Under the pieces are notes generated by a model that did not search any database, was not told where the DNA came from, and saw only the letters and a program-made list of their open reading frames with translations. Positions 56,833-64,000 of a stretch of DNA of 64,000 nucleotides are shown here, piece by piece. The DNA comes from a bacterium ADurb.Bin236 (lineage in GTDB: Bacteria; UBP15; UBA6099): NCBI GenBank assembly GCA_002069885.1, contig MWCD01000004.1:81296-145295 (forward strand), read 5' to 3'. Within the stretch, counting starts at the first letter, position 1. Every line of letters starts with the position of its first letter. A program made the position numbers and the translations under genes.

Positions 56833-59349
56833 TTATTGTTTGATTTTAAAGCTTTTCCCTCTTAGAAGATAAAAACGATGAAGAGTTATGTCCACATCTT
56901 CGACGACCTCTCCGCCTTTCACCGTCAGAAGCGTCGGATCATGAAACGACCCGAACCCGCCGCACATATCGTCATATTGTTCGCATATCAGCCCGTCTCC
57001 GTCGCAGTCGGTCGCGGCCATAAAGTAGTACTTGCCGTCAGGAATATTGAAAAAGGAATAACCCCCGCCCGGAAAAGGAATAGCCCTGTAATCAACTAAA
57101 TCTTCAAATCTATCAAGGAGCGCTACATACAAATAATTCTGGTATTCACAGTTCTCCAGCGGGGCTACGCTTGTATCAGGAACAGACATTCTGACCTTCA
57201 CAACTTTCTCGCCGCCGTTAGAGAATAACAGAACGCGCCCGTTGTAAGTTCCGGCGGGCAATCCAGTCCTGTCAACTTCTACCCTTAAAGTAACTGAGTT
57301 CGCCGCCGGAGCCGATAGAACCGCCTTCAACCAATTCGGATAAAGTTCCGTGGTCGCCATAACGGAATTGATTACCAAATCCCCGGAGCCTGTGTTTGTG
57401 ATAATGACAGTTTTGCTGTTTATGCCCGTGTGGAAATAAACATCGGAAGGAGACGCAGAAATCGCCGGCCTCGAAGGCTCTACATACGACCCTGCCGACT
57501 TTTTCGCTTCCCTGACCGCCGCGTAAGCATTAATCAAACCGGCTCCATACATCGTGTCCGTCCCCGGCTCGCCAAGGTCCGTGGCGGTCTGCGACATCGT
57601 TTCTGCTATCTCGTCGGAGGTAATCGAAGGATTTGCCGCAATCATTAGCGCCGCCACTCCCGACGCGTGGGGAGCCGCCATAGACGTCCCTTGGTAATAA
57701 GCATAAGCGGAATCGTTGTCTGCTTCGTCGCTCCTAACCGAGCTTAAAACTCCGTGAGCCGTCTCGTAATACGTGTAACCTCCGGGAGCCGCCAGTCCGA
57801 GTCCGGGGCCTTTGTTCGAGTACCCTGTAACAACCCCGTATGTGTCTACCGCGCCCACTCCCACCGTGTAATCGCACAGCGCCAATGTGTTTATTCCGCT
57901 CGAGCTATAGTGGTTTCCAGAAGATATGAAAGCGATTGCCCCAGCGTTGTGAATCATCTGAAACGCTTCCCTGAAAGTCGATAGGCAACCCGAACCGGGA
58001 CCGTATCCCAAACTCAAATTTATTATCTTCGCCGGCTTTGATGGAACCGTCCCTGAATCGTTCGGCAATCCGACGGCATAATACAACGCTTGAATCAGAT
58101 CATCAGCGTCAATGCCTCTGGTTCCGGCGACGCGAATGGGCATTATCTTTCCTGACCACGTCACTCCCGCCACGCCTTTCGAGTTGTCGGACGCCGCCGC
58201 GATCGTTCCCGCCACATGAGTTCCGTGGTGTCCTCTATGCTCTGAGGAGTCTGGCGGAATTGCTCCGTAAAAACACCTTGAATCCGTCACATCCTCCGGG
58301 TCGGAGTCTATGCCGTCGCCGTCGCATGCGCTGTAGGGGTCTGAAATGAAGTCATACCCTGCAACCAGCCTTCCTCTCATATCCTCATGCTTTGAGACAA
58401 TCCCGGAATCCAACACGGCAACGATGACATCGTCGCTGCCCGTCGTTATATCCCATGCTCTAGGCAGGTTAATCAATTCATAGTGCCACTGATTGTAATA
58501 CATAGGATCGTTAGGCGTTCGGAAAACGCCGCCTATCGCGTTCAAACCGACTGTTTGCACATCCGGGTCTGATGTCAGATCGAGGCATGCGCTGCGGGTC
58601 ACATCAAGAGCTTCTTTTTCTCCGGCTCCTCCTATGCCTATGGTCAGCAAGGAAAAACCGAAATCTCTTTTCTTTTTCACGCCCAATCCGCGCGAAGCGG
58701 CGAAATCAGAAACCGACACTCCCTGCCTCAGGCCGACCATCAGTTCCCCGGCTATGAATTCTTGGGCTTCGCACGCCGTTGTCGCGATATTCTTGCCTCG
58801 ATATATCGTCCGCCGCGAGAGATCGCGTTCCGTATCATCTTTCAATATAATCGGCGAGTCGAGAGCTTCATACGAGTATTCGCCAGTCTCTGAAACGCGG
58901 CCGGACGTCTGCGACAAATTCAAAATCAGCCTGCCTGTCGCCCCTCCGTATTCCGAAGTGGGCCCAAGACACCTTATTTTGGTCTCAGCGTCCGTCCACA
59001 GATTGTCCTTCCCGTCGTTTACTCTGACCCGCACTGTAAACTCGCCGCTCAGAGCCGTTGTGAATATGTATTTGTTGTTTTCAACCTTTATCAACGTTCC
59101 GCCGGGGTCTGCGCTCCATTCATATCTGACAGAATCCTTATTTGGGTCGCTCGCCCTCGCAGTGATCGTCGTCTGTTCGCCGATTATGATATCCTTCTTT
59201 GAAACCTCTAATGCTTCGACTATCGGAGGAAAATTCACCAAGTCCCTCGTCATCCCTCCCCCGCCGCCGCATCCCGCGAACGTCATTACGACAAAGGCAA
59301 TGCCAAACGCAAATAATGCCGCCCGCAGCGCTCTGCTCGTAAATCTCAT
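56833..59349 (-). CDS. Subtilisin-like S8 serine protease lipoprotein with Ig-like accessory domains
   Basis: Lipobox FAGC; catalytic VAVLDSG, HGTHVAG, GTSMAAP; N-terminal PKD-like and C-terminal BACON-like regions. ORF track start is 59370. Confidence 0.9.
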   Translation of the reverse strand: MRFTSRALRAALFAFGIAFVVMTFAGCGGGGGMTRDLVNFPPIVEALEVSKKDIIIGEQTTITARASDPNKDSVRYEWSADPGGTLIKVENNKYIFTTALSGEFTVRVRVNDGKDNLWTDAETKIRCLGPTSEYGGATGRLILNLSQTSGRVSETGEYSYEALDSPIILKDDTERDLSRRTIYRGKNIATTACEAQEFIAGELMVGLRQGVSVSDFAASRGLGVKKKRDFGFSLLTIGIGGAGEKEALDVTRSACLDLTSDPDVQTVGLNAIGGVFRTPNDPMYYNQWHYELINLPRAWDITTGSDDVIVAVLDSGIVSKHEDMRGRLVAGYDFISDPYSACDGDGIDSDPEDVTDSRCFYGAIPPDSSEHRGHHGTHVAGTIAAASDNSKGVAGVTWSGKIMPIRVAGTRGIDADDLIQALYYAVGLPNDSGTVPSKPAKIINLSLGYGPGSGCLSTFREAFQMIHNAGAIAFISSGNHYSSSGINTLALCDYTVGVGAVDTYGVVTGYSNKGPGLGLAAPGGYTYYETAHGVLSSVRSDEADNDSAYAYYQGTSMAAPHASGVAALMIAANPSITSDEIAETMSQTATDLGEPGTDTMYGAGLINAYAAVREAKKSAGSYVEPSRPAISASPSDVYFHTGINSKTVIITNTGSGDLVINSVMATTELYPNWLKAVLSAPAANSVTLRVEVDRTGLPAGTYNGRVLLFSNGGEKVVKVRMSVPDTSVAPLENCEYQNYLYVALLDRFEDLVDYRAIPFPGGGYSFFNIPDGKYYFMAATDCDGDGLICEQYDDMCGGFGSFHDPTLLTVKGGEVVEDVDITLHRFYLLRGKSFKIKQ

Positions 59350-59513
59350 GGCGATTGCCTTAATTCCCACAGGATAATTATATCAATAAAATCATCCTGC
59401 AAAGACGCTCAACTAAAAATCGTTGACGAATGACATTAATATCGGACATTCGTCTAATACTCTCAAATCTATATATTCAATTTCTATTAAGTTATAGTCG
59501 CTTTCATGCCGCG

Positions 59514-60641
59514 TTACTCAAACAACCGCTTATATTCCGGATAACCTTCCTTTTCCAAATCCTCCACAGGGACGAACTTCAACGCCGCCGAATTGACGCA
59601 ATACCTTGTTCCTTCCGGAGCCGGGCCGTCCGCAAACACATGTCCGAGATGTGAATCCGAAGCCTTGCTCCGTATTTCCACTCGAACCATCCCATGCGTC
59701 GAATCCTTCTTTTCCACTATACTGCTTTTATCTATAGGACGGGTAAAACTCGGCCAACCAGTTCCAGAATCGAACTTGTCCTTTGAACTGAAAAGAGGTT
59801 CGCCTGTAACCACATCCACATAAATGCCTTCCCTTTTGTTGTTCCAGTATTCGTTGTCGAAAGGCGATTCCGTCGCGTTGCGCCTTATGACCTCATACTG
59901 CAACGCAGAGAGCCTCTCTTTTAACTCATCGTCTCCCGGAATATCGGCGAGTCTGTTGGATTCGGGCGGCTGAACTCCCGTTCGCGGCAACGGACATCCC
60001 TTCCATGCTCTGTCAATAAATCCGGTCCTGCCTGAAGCCGCCTTGTAAGCGTTGTACCGGGCGTGATTCTTTTTGTAATAATCCTGATGATAATCCTCCG
60101 CCGGATAAAATTTTTCCGCCGGTCTTATCGCCGTCGCAATTGGCCGGTTGAATACTCCCAGTTTCCCCAGCCGCTCTTTAGACGCTTCAGCAGTTTTCTT
60201 TTGATTTTCATCATGATAAAAAATCGCTGTTGCGTACTGAGTCCCTCTATCGGCGAACTGCCCCCCTTCATCCGTCGGGTCTATCTGCCTCCAGAAAACC
60301 TCTACCAGCGTCTCGTAGCTCACCTTGTCCGGGTCAAACTCCACTTGAACGGCCTCCAGATGCCCCGTATCCCCGGATGTCACATCCTCGTATGAAGGAT
60401 CGTCCAGATGTCCGCCAGTGTAGCCTGCCACAGCGGATATAACGCCATCGATTTTCTCGAAAGGTCCCTCTATGCACCAGAAGCATCCTCCCGCAAAAGT
60501 CGCCTTATCAGTTTTGATCGCTGTCATTATTTTCTCTCCTCCGTTTGCGCGCGCGTCCATGCTTTCACGACGAAACATGCCGAACAAGGCAAATGCCGCT
60601 GTTACAGCAATTAATGCCGCCGCGATGATTTTTATATTCAT
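59514..60641 (-). CDS. msrAB: Methionine sulfoxide reductase MsrA-MsrB fusion with N-terminal export/anchor segment
   Basis: [21 protein letters not shown] (MsrA); [23 protein letters not shown] (MsrB); hydrophobic [20 protein letters not shown]. Confidence 0.95.
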   Translation of the reverse strand: MNIKIIAAALIAVTAAFALFGMFRRESMDARANGGEKIMTAIKTDKATFAGGCFWCIEGPFEKIDGVISAVAGYTGGHLDDPSYEDVTSGDTGHLEAVQVEFDPDKVSYETLVEVFWRQIDPTDEGGQFADRGTQYATAIFYHDENQKKTAEASKERLGKLGVFNRPIATAIRPAEKFYPAEDYHQDYYKKNHARYNAYKAASGRTGFIDRAWKGCPLPRTGVQPPESNRLADIPGDDELKERLSALQYEVIRRNATESPFDNEYWNNKREGIYVDVVTGEPLFSSKDKFDSGTGWPSFTRPIDKSSIVEKKDSTHGMVRVEIRSKASDSHLGHVFADGPAPEGTRYCVNSAALKFVPVEDLEKEGYPEYKRLFE

Positions 60642-60766
60642 AATTGCGCCTTCTGCCAAATGACTCCGTTGAGTCATTTGAGAATCAGTTCATGCAAATA
60701 TAAAACCCTTTTCTAACGTTTGAAACAATCAAGAAGACGATGAAGTTCCTTAGATGATGCGGCAGA

Positions 60767-61216
60767 TTAAGAGTCGCCTTGAGGATCGTCCAGTAAGCTT
60801 GATACTTTTTTCAATAGAATATCGTTTTTGAATGGTTTTTCCAGATAGTCGTTTGCGCCGGCTTGTTTAGCGGCGAGCTTGTGCTCGCGGGAGCTTAAGG
60901 CCGTAACCATTATGACAGGAATTTCCGCTGTATCTTCTTTCGACCTTATTGCTTTCAGCGCGTCTAGGCCAGAAAGCCTTTCGAGCTTGTCGCCCGGCAT
61001 GGCGATATCCATTAAAACGAGATGGATTGTTTCGTTTTTGAGGATTGAGAGCGCTTTTATGCCATTCTCCGCTCTCAGCAAGTCGTACTTGTCTCGTAAA
61101 ATTTCTTCTATGTAATCGGTAATGTCAGATTCATCGTCGACGATGAGTATTCGTTTTTTTTCGATTTCAGACGTTGAATTCAATTCGTCGCTTCTCCTAA
61201 GCCTTACTGTCATCAT
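60767..61216 (-). CDS. Stand-alone response regulator receiver
   Basis: LIVDDE, MDIAMP, MVTA, KPF. Confidence 0.9.
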   Translation of the reverse strand: MMTVRLRRSDELNSTSEIEKKRILIVDDESDITDYIEEILRDKYDLLRAENGIKALSILKNETIHLVLMDIAMPGDKLERLSGLDALKAIRSKEDTAEIPVIMVTALSSREHKLAAKQAGANDYLEKPFKNDILLKKVSSLLDDPQGDS

Positions 61217-61304
61217 AATATAATACAGGCGCTCGCCTCGAAATCAACAAAAAAATGTCATTGCCCGGTAGGACAATCGCCGTCTACCGACCGCCGACGG
61301 TTTT

Positions 61305-62162
61305 TTATTGGTGACTTAATCCGAGCCTTTCGTTCAGCATTCCCTGTATGTGGCTCCTCAATCCGTCCACAAGCTCGCGCACTCGCTTAGGCTCCGCCAT
61401 AGCGTCAGGATGCTCTTCATAATAATTTATAGGCGTGTCGAAATAAATGTCGAATTTAGACGGCAGCGGCACAAGTCCCAACAACCCCAGCCACGGAAAC
61501 AACGGCGTCAGGGGCAGATGCTTGAAGCCTAGAAAATTCAGATCGACTTTGCCTAGAGTCATGGCCGCCTCTTCCGAACCCGTCACGCAAGTCGGTATTA
61601 TCGGCGTTCTGTATTTTAGAGCGTATTCCATGAATCCGACGGTGAACTTATCGACCTTGTATTTTTTGAAAATCGTGTGAACGTCGCCTTCAGCCCCAGT
61701 GGGAAACACGACTATTAGATTCTGGTTCTCAAAGACTTTTTTCACATTTTCATCACAGCCGACTATCTGTCCGCCGCGTATCACGAGCACCGACCCGCCG
61801 GGTATCCCCGGTATCGATTTGTTAACAATCGTTCTTATGAAACGGGGTTTCTCCAGTTCCACAAGCCCGGCAGTCCATATCATCGCGGCGTCGAAAGGAA
61901 GAATAGGCGCATGATTCGCCACTATGAGGCCCGGCCCTTCGACCGGAATGTTTTCGATGCCGTGCGCGTCCGCCTTGAAATAGTTCTTATAAATAAAGAG
62001 GATAATAGCGCCAACCTTCGATATCACTTCTAAGCTGGTCCCGAAATCGTCATATCCGTTTTCATCGAAATCGATGTCGGAATTCTGGATTTTGTTCTTC
62101 ATGAATTCGACTGCGGTTCCGTCGAAGAAATCCTTGTTTTTCAATTCCCTGTAATCGTCCAT
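61305..62162 (-). CDS. Lysophospholipid acyltransferase (PlsC family)
   Basis: VANHAPILPFD (HX4D), VFP, PIIP; start set at ATG 62162 (ORF track 62189). Confidence 0.85.
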   Translation of the reverse strand: MDDYRELKNKDFFDGTAVEFMKNKIQNSDIDFDENGYDDFGTSLEVISKVGAIILFIYKNYFKADAHGIENIPVEGPGLIVANHAPILPFDAAMIWTAGLVELEKPRFIRTIVNKSIPGIPGGSVLVIRGGQIVGCDENVKKVFENQNLIVVFPTGAEGDVHTIFKKYKVDKFTVGFMEYALKYRTPIIPTCVTGSEEAAMTLGKVDLNFLGFKHLPLTPLFPWLGLLGLVPLPSKFDIYFDTPINYYEEHPDAMAEPKRVRELVDGLRSHIQGMLNERLGLSHQ

Positions 62163-62213
62163 TGCGTCTCCCGTCATAGAAATTTGCAAGGCAATCGCCC
62201 GCGCGGGCGCGTC

Positions 62214-63191
62214 TTAAGAGCCGGCGGCTGTTCCCGAAACATCAGGCGCAGCGCCGTCATCTCTGGGCCTGTTTCTTTCCGCGCGGCTTTTCTTTAAAGC
62301 GGCAGGGTCATATCCCAACTCCTCAAAAGCCCTTGCGCCGTCAACCGTGAACGGATATTTGATATAGTTAAAATCAAAGGACAGTTTCTTTGACCAAATG
62401 AATCTGCCGTTGTTGTGAACCAAGAAATCGGGGAGCGGAACCGGTTTTTTGCCGAGCCGACGGATAACTTCGCCGAGAGGAAGATGGATGTGGCCTCTGA
62501 TGTTGTAAGCGCCTCTGGCGGTCGGGCATTTCAGAGCGGCTATAAAGGCGTCAAGAACTTCGTCTTCATATATTATCTGAAACATCGGATCGAACCCCAG
62601 AAGCGTCGGCACATAGTCGCCTTTCATGTACATCGTAAGAAGGCTCTCGCCCGAACTCCTCCAAATGGGAACCATTCGCAATATCACTACGCGCAGGCCG
62701 CTTGAACTCTGCGCCTGCGTCTGGCATATCATGTCCGCCTCGATGCGGTCTCTCACGCTCGGAATATCCCTGTTGCCGAGCAAAGGATGCGATTCGCGCA
62801 GAAGAGCCGGGTTGTCCAACCTTGCTCCGTAAACTATCGTCGAACTCGGATAAATAAACTGCCTGACGCCGTACTTTTTTGCCAGCCCCAGCATCTGGAA
62901 CGTGCCGTACACGTTGGTCATCATTCGCTCGTCAGTTGACATCTCTTCGCTCTGCCCGAACGCAAGGTGTATGACGGCGTCGATGCTGCCCTCCGTCTTG
63001 AACACGTCTTCGATCCTCTTTTTTCGCGAATCGCCGAAAACGTGTCTCATGTCAGAACACTCTTGTTCGTCCATGTCGCACTCGCGCACATCGACTCCCA
63101 CAATATCTATATCGTCGCCATACTCCTCGCGAAGCCGCCCTGCCAGCAATTTTCCAAAATATCCCGAACCGCCCGTCATTAAAACTTTCAT
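62214..63191 (-). CDS. NAD-dependent epimerase/dehydratase (extended SDR, atypical catalytic motif)
   Basis: MTGGSGYFG, HLAF, NVYGT, SSTIVYGA; YxxxK appears replaced (SVRDR). Confidence 0.8.
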   Translation of the reverse strand: MKVLMTGGSGYFGKLLAGRLREEYGDDIDIVGVDVRECDMDEQECSDMRHVFGDSRKKRIEDVFKTEGSIDAVIHLAFGQSEEMSTDERMMTNVYGTFQMLGLAKKYGVRQFIYPSSTIVYGARLDNPALLRESHPLLGNRDIPSVRDRIEADMICQTQAQSSSGLRVVILRMVPIWRSSGESLLTMYMKGDYVPTLLGFDPMFQIIYEDEVLDAFIAALKCPTARGAYNIRGHIHLPLGEVIRRLGKKPVPLPDFLVHNNGRFIWSKKLSFDFNYIKYPFTVDGARAFEELGYDPAALKKSRAERNRPRDDGAAPDVSGTAAGS

Positions 63192-63381
63192 AGCTCTCTC
63201 CGAAAATCATATTAGAACATCAATGTAGGCATAACCATAAGATGAATTTCACTCTGATTCTAACACAATAACAGAGCTAAAGCCATAAAGATGTAATCAT
63301 CGCGACGCGCTCTTTAAGACAGAAGCGAAATAAAAAGATAGCCGCTTTGATCATTCGATCGCAATGATTTGAATCTGATAT

Positions 63382-63999
63382 CTACAACGTTGCAGAAGTC
63401 TCGCGAATGTATTTTTCTGCGCGATCAAGCCGGGCCAAGCAGACATCCTGCCCGAGCAATTCCATCAATTCGAAAAGGCTGGGACCGAAGGTTTTGCCTG
63501 TGAGGGCAAGCCTGACCGGGTGTATCGTCTGATTGGCTCCAAGCCCCTTTTCCTCTTTCAAACGGACGTACATCTTCTCTATGCCGTCGTGATTGAAAGG
63601 CTCGACGGCGGCCAGTTCGGACTTGACCAGCGCGATGTTGTCCGCCGCGTTCTCCTTCGAAAAATGTTTCTTGGTTCCCTTTTCGTCGTAGGACTCTACA
63701 TCTTTGAAAAAGAAATCCGCGTATTCGTCTATGTCGCTGAGTATCTTTACTCTCTCGGCTGATATCTCGACAATGCGCTCTATCCATCCCCGCTTCGTTT
63801 CCGACTCGTCGGCTGTGACATATCCCCGCTCCACAAGATAGTCCACCCACATTTTTACCACTCTGCTTCTGTCTATCGTCTTCATCCAATAAGCGTTTAG
63901 GTAGTGCAAACGAGCCTCGTCGAAGACGGAAGGAGCCTTGCTCATGGCCTCGATAGAGAACGCTTCAGCCAGTTCCCTTATCGTGAAGAATTCCCTGTC
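63382..63999 (-). CDS. gltX: Glutamate--tRNA ligase, C-terminal part (runs off the window edge)
   Basis: Open to the end of the window (DREFFTIRELAEAF..); SKAPSVFDEARLHYLN, PVRLALTG..GPSLFELMELLG..LARL. Confidence 0.9.
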   Translation of the reverse strand, partial: DREFFTIRELAEAFSIEAMSKAPSVFDEARLHYLNAYWMKTIDRSRVVKMWVDYLVERGYVTADESETKRGWIERIVEISAERVKILSDIDEYADFFFKDVESYDEKGTKKHFSKENAADNIALVKSELAAVEPFNHDGIEKMYVRLKEEKGLGANQTIHPVRLALTGKTFGPSLFELMELLGQDVCLARLDRAEKYIRETSATL

Positions 64000-64000
64000 G

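Overview
A 64-kb window from an anaerobic or microaerotolerant diderm bacterium (secretin, AsmA-like protein, lipoproteins, rubrerythrin/SOR/FprA). Gene-dense and mostly about 50-60% GC by eye, with no CRISPR array, rRNA or transposase seen. Main content: (1) a minus-strand 12.7-kb formate dehydrogenase hub (28177->15428) with two paralogous FdhF-type alpha subunits. One has an in-frame UGA (selenocysteine, split into two ORFs by the ORF track) followed by an fdhF-like SECIS hairpin and is paired with a GltD-type NADP(H) subunit. The other has Cys at the same site and is paired with HydBC/NuoEF-like subunits carrying motifs proposed for electron bifurcation. Between them lie a CxxCH-containing sensor kinase, overlapping the Sec gene stop, and a receiver with no output domain. 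(2) A minus-strand oxidative-stress run (40306->31266): small protein, SigR/SigH-like ECF sigma, SOR, rubrerythrin, FprA, a rubredoxin missed by the ORF track, NADH oxidoreductase, ferritin-like protein, glutaredoxin, TrxB, an exported thioredoxin/CxxCH/flavinylation-motif fusion, a HAD and an MBL hydrolase. (3) tRNA-Ser(GGA), and a decayed tRNA-Gly next to an AT-rich orphan gene. (4) Housekeeping and envelope genes: tpiA, rodA, uridyltransferase-only GlmU, znuABC, msrAB, partial gltX, GT2/GT-C glycosyltransferases, orphan secretin, GH13, a SLC12-like transporter, HD-GYP, S8 protease and a Rok-like basic protein. Product calls rest on motif recognition only; no database searches were run.
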